Source: Escherichia coli (GTDB taxonomy: Bacteria; Pseudomonadota; Gammaproteobacteria; Enterobacterales; Enterobacteriaceae). Taken from it: a stretch of DNA of 17,115 nt. The notes beneath the pieces are model-generated. The model was not told the origin of the DNA. It did not search any database and worked only from the letters and a program-made list of their open reading frames with translations. The stretch lies in the NCBI RefSeq assembly GCF_003334765.1, contig NZ_QOWT01000052.1; one strand, written 5' to 3'. Both the position numbers and the translations under genes were made by a program. This document shows positions 1 through 10,109 of the stretch, in pieces. Positions within the stretch are counted from its first letter, which is position 1. Each line of letters begins with the position of its first letter.

Positions 1-77
1 GTGGCGGCCTCAGTCCGGAACAATTTGAAAACAAGAACCTCGCTTAGGCCTGTGTCCATATTACGTGGGTAGGATCA
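1..77 (-). repeat. Left copy of a perfect 77-bp terminal inverted repeat; reverse complement equals 17039..17115. Likely the terminus of an IS3-family element whose body lies outside the window.
   Basis: Reverse complement of 1..77 is identical to 17039..17115; identity stops at 78 versus 17038. Terminus reads TGATCCTACCCAC...TGGACA, an IS3-family-like end. Confidence 0.6.
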
Positions 78-283
78 CAACGTCTTCACCGGCAGCAACA
101 GCAGTGAGGCTTCCTTCCTGGTATTGTTTCTTCCACTTAAACAACAGACTGGGCTGAATTCCATGCAAACGCGCCACGTGGGACACGGTCATGCCAGGCT
201 CCATAGTCTGTTGAATAATTGCGATTTTTTCCTGAGGTGTTTTTACGTTTACGCACCTCTTTTCCTAACAAAACGCCAGCCAT
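78..283 (-). pseudogene. IS2-like orfA (insC-like), frameshifted in an A-run near 235-245 and 3'-truncated by insertion
   Basis: N-terminal residues are in one frame and the HTH region in another; the ORF terminates in the inserted repeat (..EDVV-ILPT-stop). Confidence 0.5.
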
Positions 284-374
284 CTCAAAATTAGAACTAG
301 TGTTAGACATATATCCAAGCCTATCTCTTATTTTAAGATACATCTACTGTCTGGTATTTCAGGGGGACAGCTCA
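78..374 (-). mobile_element. IS2-like (IS3 family) left-end fragment: IRL-like sequence plus orfA, cut at 77/78 by the terminal repeat element
   Basis: Minus-strand translation gives [14 protein letters not shown]..., then after a frame change [55 protein letters not shown], matching IS2 InsC/OrfA as recalled. Upstream motifs CCCCCTGAA..CCAGACA resemble the IS2 IRL. Homology ends exactly at the repeat boundary. Confidence 0.55.
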
Positions 375-574
375 ACGAATAATCACACAGCAAATAATAA
401 TGACAAACAAGAATATAACTCAAAAAAATATCCAGAATGATGATATCCTGAATATTTTGCCACTACGAATTAATCATATGAACATAATAATTTGACAATA
501 ACCACGCAAAATGTTAAAGAATTACGAACCTATATAATAGACAAAATCGTAAAATAATAGGCTGGAGATATAAG

Positions 575-2023
575 ATGCTAAAGGGCTTTGATATAACAAA
601 AGCAAAAGCACAAGAAGTAGATACAGAACTACTTAAGCGTAGAATTTCCACTGGAAAAGCCATCGCATTCACAGGTGCAGGCTTCTCACTCGGAACAAAA
701 AATGTACTAGGCTCTACCCCCCCAATGGCTGGAGAGCTAGCTAAGAAACTCAGTTTATTATGTAATCTCGAAGAATCTGAAGATTTAATGTTTGCAGCAG
801 ACGTTGCACTTGAGTACGCAGATAATATTTCAGTATTAGACTTACTTAAAGATAATTACACACTAACATCTGTTTCAGAATGTCATGAAAAAATATGTAA
901 ACTACCCTGGAAAAAATTTTTCACAACAAATTATGATAACTCTATAGAACTTGCCTGTCTGAATATAGGTAAACGTATAGAATCAGTTGACTTATCTTAC
1001 AAACCAACAAATTTTTTAAAAAAAAATAATGTTTGCCTTCATATTAATGGAAAAATTGAAAGTGCTGAACCTGAAGATTTAACCTCCAAAATAAAATTAT
1101 CAGATTCATCATACCTGTCTCCAGATTCATTTGTAAATTCTGATTGGTACTATCACTTCAAAAAAGATCTTGAAACCGCAAGTGCTATCGTATTTATGGG
1201 ATACTCCATGTATGATATGGATGTAAAAAAATTCTTGTTCGAAAATCCAGAGTTACAAGAAAAAACTTACTTCGTTGTAAGAGATGGTGCCGATTTTAAA
1301 GAAATATTCACCCTAAGAAAATATGGACATGTTTTGCCAATTGGGGTGGACAGGTTTTCAGATTTAATGAAGGATGTTCAAAAGCAATCACATGAAGATG
1401 GTGTTATCTTCACAGAAACACTAGTCAAATATGAAGTTTTCGACACACAAACAGACTTTAGAGATATTGATAGTGAGCGATTATTTCTTTACGGTGATTA
1501 TGAAATAGAAAAACTCCATGACTCTATCAGAAGAATAGAAACCATTCCGTACTTTATTAAACGCGATATAATTCCTGTTTGTCTTAACAACATTAAAAAT
1601 AATAATAACATTATTATCACTGGCGATCTGGGAAATGGAAAGTCTATAGTTTTAGAAATGTTAGCTTATGAGTTAACTGTAAATGGTTTTCACACATATA
1701 TATTACGAAATAACGATGGTGATTATGTTTCTGATCTTGATCAAATTATCAAACATGAGGGGACGGCCGTAATTATCATTGATAACTGCTCTAATCATCC
1801 GGGTTTGATAAAACATATTTTTGAAGTTAAAGCTGATAACTTAATTTATGTTTTTGCTGACAGAAACTCAAACGACATAAAATTTAATATTTCTCTTGAT
1901 TTTATAGAGCACAATATAGACTTACTATCTAGTGACGAAATCGCAAGCGCAGTAAAAATCATAGATAATTTATCTACATGGCAAAAATTTTCCGCATTAT
2001 CCACTGAGAGAAAAAAAGATTAG
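575..2023 (+). CDS. SIR2-like (SIR2_2-type) domain fused to a P-loop NTPase domain; N-terminal 482-aa segment of a longer frameshifted gene
   Basis: SIR2_2-like motifs: FTGAGFS, TTNYD, LHINGK, VFMGYSMYDMD. Walker A GDLGNGKS and Walker B-like AVIIIDN. RBS GGAG about 8 nt upstream of the ATG. AT-rich codon usage. Confidence 0.7.
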   Translation: MLKGFDITKAKAQEVDTELLKRRISTGKAIAFTGAGFSLGTKNVLGSTPPMAGELAKKLSLLCNLEESEDLMFAADVALEYADNISVLDLLKDNYTLTSVSECHEKICKLPWKKFFTTNYDNSIELACLNIGKRIESVDLSYKPTNFLKKNNVCLHINGKIESAEPEDLTSKIKLSDSSYLSPDSFVNSDWYYHFKKDLETASAIVFMGYSMYDMDVKKFLFENPELQEKTYFVVRDGADFKEIFTLRKYGHVLPIGVDRFSDLMKDVQKQSHEDGVIFTETLVKYEVFDTQTDFRDIDSERLFLYGDYEIEKLHDSIRRIETIPYFIKRDIIPVCLNNIKNNNNIIITGDLGNGKSIVLEMLAYELTVNGFHTYILRNNDGDYVSDLDQIIKHEGTAVIIIDNCSNHPGLIKHIFEVKADNLIYVFADRNSNDIKFNISLDFIEHNIDLLSSDEIASAVKIIDNLSTWQKFSALSTERKKD

Positions 2024-2301
2024 TATATGAAAAATATGACGCACAGCTATCTCTATTGCTTCTGGGATTGATAAATAGTCCAAATATAAAAACAAAAATC
2101 AAACAACAAACCGATTTAATATATTCCAATCCAGATCATAAAAAGAGCGTCTTCTGCATTTGCATTTGTGAAGTCGCTAATGTAGAACCAACATCAAGTT
2201 TAGTATCAGAAATATCAGGAACTAATGCTATTTATCATACATCACTAAGAAACTCCCCCCCCATTCAATCAAATTTTCAAAGTAAATGGAGCAACTATTA
2301 A
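2008..2301 (+). other. Middle fragment of the SIR2/NTPase gene in the +1 frame between two homopolymer frameshifts
   Basis: This frame is open from 2008 immediately after the A7 run (2011..2017) and ends shortly after the C8 run (2255..2262). Confidence 0.4.
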
Positions 2302-3019
2302 ATCAAAATCAAGCATTCTGTCATTATCTTTACTAAACAATACCTTTAGCGATATTTATGTAAGAGATGTACTCCTTGAAATTGTTGAACGTACTGACTC
2401 AATAAAAGACCAGGATATTGAAATAAAAAAAATATTTAAAGCACTATTGAGATTTCATATAGTTGAAAGAATTTTACCGAAGAATCAATCTGCACTAGAC
2501 AGATATTATGAACAGTTAAAATATAGATGCACATGGTTAATGGATAGCCCTCACTATTGGGTTCAATATGCAATGTGTCGACTATCTTTTTCAGATTATA
2601 ATAGAGCACAAAATTACCTAACCAACGCTTATCAAAAAGCAGAAACAAAAAAAGGAAGTTATCATACTGATAACATTGACACTCAACAGGCTCGTCTATA
2701 TTTAAATCAGTGTTTAGATCATAACAACAGTTCTGAGTGTTATAAACTGTTCGATAAAGCACATGCTCTTCTTGTGAAACTCCCCAATGAAGGAAGAAAG
2801 TTTAGACAAGTTCTGTTATATAAAAAAGTTTTTGATTTAAAATACCAAAGTTTCAGTAAAAAAAACAAAACTGATTTTGAACAGGCATGTAAAAAATTAT
2901 TAGATCAGACAAAACCAGATAATGTTTATCCTATAAATACTAATATGGTAAGATTCATCACCTCTGCTGAAGAGGCATTAATTGAAATATTAAACACTAT
3001 TATGCTAGAGCGAACTTAA
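2264..3019 (+). CDS. C-terminal alpha-helical (possibly TPR-like) segment of the SIR2/NTPase gene; the frame is open from 2264 although the ORF caller starts at 2447
   Basis: Same frame as 575..2023, open from just after the C8 run to the stop at 3019, followed by a strong terminator hairpin. Confidence 0.55.
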   Translation, partial: FNQIFKVNGATIKSKSSILSLSLLNNTFSDIYVRDVLLEIVERTDSIKDQDIEIKKIFKALLRFHIVERILPKNQSALDRYYEQLKYRCTWLMDSPHYWVQYAMCRLSFSDYNRAQNYLTNAYQKAETKKGSYHTDNIDTQQARLYLNQCLDHNNSSECYKLFDKAHALLVKLPNEGRKFRQVLLYKKVFDLKYQSFSKKNKTDFEQACKKLLDQTKPDNVYPINTNMVRFITSAEEALIEILNTIMLERT

Positions 3020-3027
3020 CTGTAAAA

Positions 3028-3053
3028 AGCCACCTCCTGAGGAGGTGGCTTTT
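3028..3053. terminator. Rho-independent terminator hairpin, possibly bidirectional
   Basis: Perfect 10-bp stem AGCCACCTCC / GGAGGTGGCT with a 3-nt loop, followed by TTTT and preceded by AAAA. Confidence 0.65.
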
Positions 3054-3096
3054 CAGAATCCCCCCTATAAGGATGGCAAATGTCATATTCCATTTT

Positions 3097-3468
3097 CTAC
3101 TCTAGCAACTCCATCTGCTGTTCATGTGTTTGTTCCATCTTTTCCTGGTACCTCACATATCGTCTGATAATTTCTTCGTTCCCCCCTACCGTATCAACAA
3201 AGTAACCCCTCGACCAAAAATGGTTTCCCCATAACTTCTTCCCGATATGCAGGAATCGATTGTAGAGTCTGATTGCACTGCGGTCTTTCAGCTGCCCCAT
3301 CAGAGTAGATATTGAGATTTTTGGTAGCACTATTACGACAAGATGCATATGATCTGGCTGTACATTTAACTCCAGAGCCTCGCAATCTTTTATTCCGCAA
3401 AGAATAAAGATGGTTCTGTACAGCTCCTTGCCCAATTTATCCCTCAGAATCCTAAAGCGGTACTTTAG
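3097..3468 (-). CDS. tnpA: IS200/IS605-family Y1 (HUH) transposase TnpA; N-terminus apparently disrupted (in-frame stop upstream of the conserved CKYHIV, no ATG)
   Basis: Minus-strand translation CKYHIVWTLKYR...DHMHLVV (HxH)...FWSRGYFVDTVG (catalytic Y region) matches IS200 TnpA. The ORF caller starts at an internal Met (3435). Confidence 0.7.
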   Translation of the reverse strand, partial: LKYRFRILRDKLGKELYRTIFILCGIKDCEALELNVQPDHMHLVVIVLPKISISTLMGQLKDRSAIRLYNRFLHIGKKLWGNHFWSRGYFVDTVGGNEEIIRRYVRYQEKMEQTHEQQMELLE

Positions 3469-3917
3469 CGTCCAGACTATGTGATATTTGCAACACTAAT
3501 ATACATGTGATGAACTTCTGTAAAGCCCTATATCAGTTTGTCTCCTTTTACTTGTGGTGTGTAAGCAGATATATTCAGACATGGACATTCTTCAGGCTAT
3601 AACCTTACAGGAACAATCACCACCTCCACAAGAGGTGAGGTTTTATTTTACCTGTCACTCCCAAAAGAGTATATTAATACATGAATAATGTCTTAGCATT
3701 CTATTTGGCATTCATATTAATTTAACTTCTGCACCCCTAATATTTCATTACTCTCTTTTGAATGTATGCCTGATACAGTATATGATGTTAAAAACTTAAT
3801 TGACGTTGTGTAAATAGACCCGTTTTGGTTACATACATTTTTTGAGATTCCGGAAAGAATTACCCTGTCCCAAAATCAATACAGTGCTAAATCAGAGATC
3901 TTTGTCTTTCCTGAGAC

Positions 3918-4295
3918 TTCAAAAAAATTCAGCCGGCGTCACGTCATTTAATTATGAATGCGTTCTCTCATGATTATATTTCCTGCGCCAGTAATCGAGT
4001 TTGTCTTGTGCATCTTCCAGTTTTCAGCGCCAGTGATATAAGACGGTAATTCGCCATTTGGATTGTCCGCATCCCCATAACGGTCAAACATCGTGGCGTT
4101 GACACAGTGACAGGAACCAGTGAATGTTCAGACACTCATCCCGCAGACTGCCGTTAAACGATTCAATAAACGGTTTATCTGCCAGCTTTCCGGGGGGCGA
4201 GAAGTCCATGTTCACACCGTGTTCATACGCCCCTTTATCCAGACTTTTGAGATAAACTCGCTGCCGTTGTCACCGCCACGATGTTTGACCGTTAT
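3918..4295 (-). pseudogene. IS3-family (IS2-group-like) orfB C-terminal remnant with frameshift and premature stop
   Basis: Minus-strand frames give GGDNGSEFISK, PGKLADKPFIESFNGSLRDECLNIHWFLSLEDAQDKLDYWRRKYNHERTHS, then stop, then TPAEFF: a DDE/integrase core C-terminus. Confidence 0.55.
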
Positions 4296-4327
4296 TTGCC
4301 ATTTTCATGCCCGCTAAGATACTTTCG

Positions 4328-5111
<784 letters not shown>

Positions 5112-5115
<4 letters not shown>

Positions 5116-5780
5116 AACAGCTCCTCATAGGTACTCAGTGGTCGATGTTCCACCTGACTGACCTGCTGCCAGAGCGGGGCGTGATGCTCCGGCACTGTCT
5201 GCCAGCCAGACGATGCCGGACAGAGGCGATGTGAGGCCACCAGTTTCTCATTACTGTAGATCCGCAACTCGTCATCCAGCGATATTCGTATCGATACTGG
5301 CTGACCACACAGCGCTTCGGGAACGCTGTAACGATTACCACCAACCTCGATATAGCTGTCCCAGGACACATGGCGGATGTCGAAGTAACTGGTATCGAAG
5401 TCCGTATCCGGTAACGGCTGCAGATGTTCCTGCTCCAGCGCGAAGCGCTGTTCCGGCGTTTCTTTGAACTGGCGAAGCTCCCGTTTGTCAGCCACATCGG
5501 CTATCCATTGCTCCAGTAGTTGATTAACATGAGTGAAGCTGTCGAACCTGCGGTACCGGACGAAGAAGTTCTCCTTGAGGTATTTCACCATCCGCTCAAC
5601 CTTACCTTTTGTTCTGGCCCTGCGTGGACGGCATGCCCGTGGCAGGAAGTTATAGTGGTCGGCCAGCAACAGGAATCCGGAGTTGAACACGACTTTCCCG
5701 TTGTTATTCTTCAGCACCGCAGCCTTCTGGTTATCAACCAGCACCGTTTTCACACAACCACCGAATTTGATCCCTGAAAA
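5112..5780 (-). pseudogene. istA: IS21-family istA, 5'-truncated (C-terminal part only)
   Basis: Translation ..GIKFGGCVKTVLVDNQKAAVLKNNNGKVVFN... continues in frame upstream of the called start to a stop near 5780. Confidence 0.7.
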
Positions 5781-6018
5781 CTGTCAGCGCTGCGAGGACA
5801 TGGCTGCTTAAAAAAAGAACAAATGGTAGTGTCCGCTATTGCCAGTACACCTCAGATTCTGGGGATAACTGCGAAAAGAATATGTGCCAGGAAAGTCGGC
5901 TCCCGGGAAAAAGACCGCTGGCGGCGCAGCTGCTGGATACGAAAGCTGAGCTGAAAGGATCCCGGGAGGACGTCCGTAAACTTCAGTCCCTGGCCCGTCA
6001 TGACGGGAAGGTGAAAAA

Positions 6019-6660
6019 GTGAATGCGGACACCTGGACCCGCCTGCAGGCCTTCCGACATGCTCTGGAGCTGACTTCCTGTGAGGCTTCTCTCACCGCCG
6101 GGTATGATCACCTGAAGGATTTCCCGGCCGGTTGCAGCGAGCTGGCCAGCCAGACGCTGACTGATTATCTGACGGAAGACGGCAGCAACCTGTACTCCTG
6201 TATTGTCGGTATGCAGTGGGATAATGGTCCTGGCAGATACGGCCACGTCATTGCCGCCCCTGCCAGGGACTATATCGACCTGACCCTTGATCAGTTTCCA
6301 GGCTATCATAACCGGATTGTGGCAGAGCCCGTTGAGTCCGGCGGACAGCTCGCGGCAGACCTCAACAGGGAGCCTGCCATCAGTACAGCTGATGGAATAG
6401 TGGCCAGCGCATCAGATAAGGTTAATTACATTACTGAACAGAAAAATCGCCAGCCAATGGTGATCATTACAGAATGTTACAAACTGATCAGAATGACGGC
6501 AAGATTTATACCAATGTGCCAGTCATCTCAACTCTTCCAGCACCAGATATTCCCTCGCTTATTTATCATTTCAGACGTTGGCTCCTGCAGTTTGTCCAGG
6601 AACACCTTAGATCGTTTAGCTACTGACTGGAAGGTGACACTGTCCGTCCTGTCGCTATAG
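6019..6660 (+). CDS. Hypothetical protein; the C-terminal third may be spurious read-through
   Basis: 213-aa ORF with a GTG start overlapping the stop of a small upstream ORF; GC-rich backbone-like codon usage; no recognisable motifs. Confidence 0.35.
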   Translation: MNADTWTRLQAFRHALELTSCEASLTAGYDHLKDFPAGCSELASQTLTDYLTEDGSNLYSCIVGMQWDNGPGRYGHVIAAPARDYIDLTLDQFPGYHNRIVAEPVESGGQLAADLNREPAISTADGIVASASDKVNYITEQKNRQPMVIITECYKLIRMTARFIPMCQSSQLFQHQIFPRLFIISDVGSCSLSRNTLDRLATDWKVTLSVLSL

Positions 6661-7239
6661 GGCTTGATATAAACCAGGCAGGCAAGGGATCTGGTTAACA
6701 CCTTTCCTTCCATAAAGTGTTTGAAGATCCAGAGATACGTATCCACAAGCTCCAGCCCTGTACTCAGTGTCCCCGACTGGAAGACCTGCGGTTCAGCTGG
6801 TATTTCCGTTACATCCATGACCGGTGTCTGCGCAGCAGTGCCTGTCATCAGGATATTCATGGAGCCAGTCTGTATGCGCCTCTGGCGTTGAAACAAACAT
6901 ATGAAGTGTATTTCGGATATGACTGTACGCTCAGGAAGTACGGCAGATTCCGTCAAAAATTACCTGTAAAGACAGACTTCAGAAAAAACGGTGCTCGCCG
7001 CAGACCGGTGACCGGGCGAAGCCCGCGAACCGGCGAGGAAGCGCAATGGATCTGTAATCACAGTGAGCAGGTACGCCCTGAAGCCTTCATAATCGGTAGT
7101 GTATGCTGTTTTTCCGGAATGATTTATCCACATATCCAGAGGCCCGATCCAGTAAATAGATCCATGAATGATCAATAAAGGATCCATTAAAGATCCCCAT
7201 ATCGCTACAAACCTTGTCACTCATGGGCCGGGACCACGA

Positions 7240-7345
7240 TCACATAAGCTGTGGCATGTTACTGATAAACTGTAATATGCTAATGATAAGCTGTATTCAG
7301 TAATGCATATACTGAAGTAAGCTAATGACATAAACTATGGTCAGT
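7240..7345. repeat. Iteron-like repeats upstream of repA (RepFIB-type origin repeats)
   Basis: Repeated ATAAGCTGT / ATAAACTGTA-type motifs, at least five copies. Confidence 0.5.
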
Positions 7346-7499
7346 ACGCCAGACTCTGTTGTTAAATACAGACTGCAGGTTTTTCTTCAGTCAGTTAGCG
7401 GGGCTCTGACACACGATTTGCTGTTTATTCTTTTACTGTCCACAGGCAGGAGGCTTTCTGGAAAACGAAAATTCAGACATCAAAAAACTGTTCGGCGAG

Positions 7500-8477
7500 G
7501 TGGATAAGTCGTCCGGTGAGCTGGTGACACTGACACCAAACAATAACAACACCGTACAACCTGTGGCGCTGATGCGTCTGGGCGTCTTTGTACCGACCCT
7601 TAAGTCACTGAAGAACAGTAAAAAAAATACTCTGTCACGCACCGATGCCACGGAAGAACTGACGCGTCTTTCCCTGGCCCGTGCAGAAGGATTCGATAAG
7701 GTTGAGATCACCGGCCCCCGGCTGGATATGGATAACGATTTCAAGACCTGGGTGGGGATCATTCATTCCTTTGCCCGCCATAACGTGATTGGTGACAAAG
7801 TTGAACTGCCTTTTGTCGAGTTTGCAAAACTGTGTGGTATACCCTCAAGCCAGTCATCACGCAGGCTGCGTGAGCGCATCAGCCCTTCCCTGAAACGCAT
7901 TGCCGGTACCGTGATCTCCTTTTCCCGCACCGATGAGAAGCACACCCGGGAATACATCACCCATCTGGTACAGTCAGCCTACTACGATACTGAACGGGAT
8001 ATTGTTCAGTTACAGGCTGATCCCCGCCTTTTTGAACTGTACCAGTTTGACAGAAAGGTCCTTCTTCAGCTTAAGGCGATTAATGCCCTGAAGCGACGGG
8101 AGTCCGCCCAGGCACTTTACACCTTTATAGAGAGCCTGCCCCGGGATCCGGCACCGGTATCGCTGGCGCGGCTGCGTGCACGCCTCAATCTGAAGTCTCC
8201 TGTATTTTCCCAGAACCAGACGGTCAGACGGGCAATGGAGCAGTTGCGCGAGATTGGATATCTTGATTACACGGAGATCCAGCGGGGGCGGACAAAACTC
8301 TTCTGCATTCACTACCGGCGTCCCCGGTTAAAAGCACCGAATGATGAGAGTAAGGAAAATCCGTTGCCACCTTCACCTGCGGAAAAAGTCAGTCCGGAGA
8401 TGGCGGAGAAGCTTGCCCTGCTTGAAAAACTGGGCATCACGCTGGATGACCTGGAAAAACTCTTCAAATCCCGCTGA
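7500..8477 (+). CDS. repA: Plasmid replication initiator RepA, RepFIB-type
   Basis: 325-aa ORF beginning [30 protein letters not shown]..., recalled as IncFIB RepA; flanked on both sides by iteron clusters; GTG start. Confidence 0.8.
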   Translation: MDKSSGELVTLTPNNNNTVQPVALMRLGVFVPTLKSLKNSKKNTLSRTDATEELTRLSLARAEGFDKVEITGPRLDMDNDFKTWVGIIHSFARHNVIGDKVELPFVEFAKLCGIPSSQSSRRLRERISPSLKRIAGTVISFSRTDEKHTREYITHLVQSAYYDTERDIVQLQADPRLFELYQFDRKVLLQLKAINALKRRESAQALYTFIESLPRDPAPVSLARLRARLNLKSPVFSQNQTVRRAMEQLREIGYLDYTEIQRGRTKLFCIHYRRPRLKAPNDESKENPLPPSPAEKVSPEMAEKLALLEKLGITLDDLEKLFKSR

Positions 8478-8478
8478 A

Positions 8479-8747
8479 CATAAACTGTAGTCAGTGAAGA
8501 GTGCTCCTTTACTGACTACAGCTTATATTATCAGGTGCAGTGAGTGGTCTGCTCACTGCAGTTTATATTCAGTTTCCTGCAGTGCTGCCTGTGGCTGAGC
8601 TGCCATCTGCCTGTCCCTTACGTGAGTCACCCCGTAACCTGATGCTGAGGCATTTCTCCCTTTATAAAACATGGTTTACTCACTACAGCTTATCTACCTG
8701 CTCCAGCTTATGTTATGTCTGTTCTGCTGACCACTGCTTATATAAGG
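8479..8747. repeat. Iteron-like repeats downstream of repA
   Basis: Repeated ACTACAGCTTAT / CTGCAGTTTATATT / CCACTGCTTATATA motifs in both orientations. Confidence 0.5.
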
Positions 8748-8755
8748 AAGTGCCG

Positions 8756-9496
8756 TTACTTCAGGGGAGGCAGTGTACGCAGGATCTCCGCAGCATCCCG
8801 CCCGTCACCTGTGAAAGGCACTGCCAGCGTGGCAGCCATATCCAGTGCAAACACTCTGGTATAAACCTCCATAGAACGTGGATCCCTGTGACCAGCCAGT
8901 GCCTGGATGACTTTCCGGGGCTGGCGGTGATAGAGCATGTGCATGATATAGCTGTGCCGGAAGGTGTGTGGTGTGACCGGAATCGAAAAGTGCACCCCGT
9001 CAGCTTCGGCCCGCTTCACTGCCTGTTTCAGCCAGTTCCGCATCGTTTCATCCGTCACAGCCCATAACGGTGCACGGCGCCGGGGCCGGGTGGTGATCAT
9101 CCAGCTCTCCATCTGCCTGACATAGCTTATATCCGTCAGCGGGACCAGGCGGACTTCATCTTTTGGAGGGCGCCCGCGTCGCGCACGCACTTTTTCGGAC
9201 AGGATCCGCACAAACGGTCTTACTCCATCCAGGTCAAATGATTCCGGTGTCAGCATCCGGGCTTCGCCAATACGCATTCCGGTATTCCAGAGGGTGGCGA
9301 ACAGCATATGGTGACGCTGATCCGGCATATAGAAAAGAAGGGCACTCACTTCCGGGGCCAGCAGGTAGGCCGGTGTGGCCCCCGTGGAAGTGGCCATTCT
9401 TCTCAGGGAGAGCGCTGTTGCAAAATCCACCCCTGGCGCAATGGGTAACAGGGAGACGCGTTCTGGTGAATTCTGCAGGGGAATGACATTGTTCAT
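8756..9496 (-). CDS. int: Tyrosine site-specific recombinase (phage-integrase family)
   Basis: 246 aa with C-terminal [12 protein letters not shown]...[16 protein letters not shown], matching the R-H-R-Y catalytic region (LGH...Y motif). Confidence 0.8.
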   Translation of the reverse strand: MNNVIPLQNSPERVSLLPIAPGVDFATALSLRRMATSTGATPAYLLAPEVSALLFYMPDQRHHMLFATLWNTGMRIGEARMLTPESFDLDGVRPFVRILSEKVRARRGRPPKDEVRLVPLTDISYVRQMESWMITTRPRRRAPLWAVTDETMRNWLKQAVKRAEADGVHFSIPVTPHTFRHSYIMHMLYHRQPRKVIQALAGHRDPRSMEVYTRVFALDMAATLAVPFTGDGRDAAEILRTLPPLK

Positions 9497-9712
9497 GAGT
9501 TATTTTTCACGTAGCACACGCACTGTTTATGGATACAGTTATTCTGACCTGAACGCACGGATCCTTCCACGACAATAAATCGCAGCGCGCGGATCCTTTT
9601 GTTTGCTTATCACGCATTATTGCGGGTAAAACCAAATACGTAAAGGCGCGTTTTGCCGCAGGGATCCTGTCTTAAGCCAGTCATGGCGCGGGCTGAGAGC
9701 TGGTTTGCCGTT

Positions 9713-9858
9713 TTTGGGAGAATTGGGGTAATGCCAGGACAAACAGGATCGAACCAGAAGGGGGAGGGTGCAGAGAAGGAGAGGAAGCGCTACGTGAATT
9801 CTGACCTGGTACACCCCTGTAACCCTGTCTGTTTCCACGTAGCGCAATGCGGTTACTG
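9713..9858 (+). repeat. Repeat A: about 146-bp element, diverged direct copy of repeat B; contains a 10-bp inverted repeat GCGCTACGTG (9787..9796) / CACGTAGCGC (9836..9845)
   Basis: Start TTTGGGAGAATTGGGGTAAT and the core CGCTACGTGAATTCTGACCTGGTACA are near-identical to repeat B. Confidence 0.5.
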
Positions 9859-9859
9859 A

Positions 9860-10109
9860 CTACTGCCAGTTGAGATGACGCCCGGCATCCTGATGCTGAC
9901 TTAAAATACGGATAATAATAATATCTGTATCAGTCTGAATAAAATAAAGCATATGCCGTTCAACGGGCAGTGCGAAGATATCTTCCACCAGTTCAGGCCG
10001 GGGAGTGCCGATATTATTATCACTCATAACCTGAAAAATGCCGGCACCCGTAATACCAGATATCCTCCAGATCCTGACTGGCTTTAGGTGTGAGTTTAAC
10101 GGTTTTCAC
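9860..10109 (-). pseudogene. parE: ParE/RelE-family toxin, apparently frameshifted near 10050..10055
   Basis: GTG start overlaps the parD stop; N-terminal frame reads VKTVKLTPKASQDLEDIWYY.. then stop; a second frame reads ..PELVEDIFALPVERHMLYFIQTDTDIIIIRILSQHQDAGRHL, a ParE-like C-terminus. No ORF of 60 aa or more was called here. Confidence 0.5.

Noticed and set aside
137-343. 68-aa minus-strand ORF initially suggesting a separate gene (I first considered an IS66-type TnpA)
   Set aside because: It is the out-of-frame N-terminal portion of the frameshifted IS2-like orfA; the sequence matches IS2 InsC rather than IS66.
219-440. 73-aa plus-strand ORF
   Set aside because: Antisense to the IS2-like orfA and IRL; low-complexity translation; no RBS.
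2436-2762. 108-aa minus-strand ORF
   Set aside because: Antisense within the SIR2/NTPase gene's C-terminal segment; AT-rich antisense frames commonly stay open.
3194-3400. 68-aa minus-strand ORF
   Set aside because: Alternative frame nested inside IS200-family tnpA.
4120-4317. 65-aa plus-strand ORF
   Set aside because: Antisense to the IS3-family orfB remnant.
5808-6309. Two minus-strand ORFs (95 and 103 aa)
   Set aside because: Antisense to the plus-strand small ORF and the 6019..6660 ORF; no start context; GC-rich antisense frames.
6717-7178. 153-aa plus-strand ORF
   Set aside because: Overlaps the same-length minus-strand frames; neither strand has motif support; left unannotated.
7433-8312. 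Minus-strand ORFs (109, 65 and 100 aa) over repA
   Set aside because: Antisense to the well-supported repA gene.
8540-9067. 175-aa plus-strand ORF
   Set aside because: Lies over the iteron cluster and antisense to the well-supported recombinase gene; no motifs; likely spurious.
9163-9859. Plus- and minus-strand ORFs of 67..107 aa, including two hydrophobic minus-strand peptides translated from repeats A and B
   Set aside because: They overlap int antisense or lie within the repeat elements. The peptide similarity between the A and B ORFs just reflects nucleotide repeat identity. A type I toxin-like small protein was considered, but no known family was recognised.
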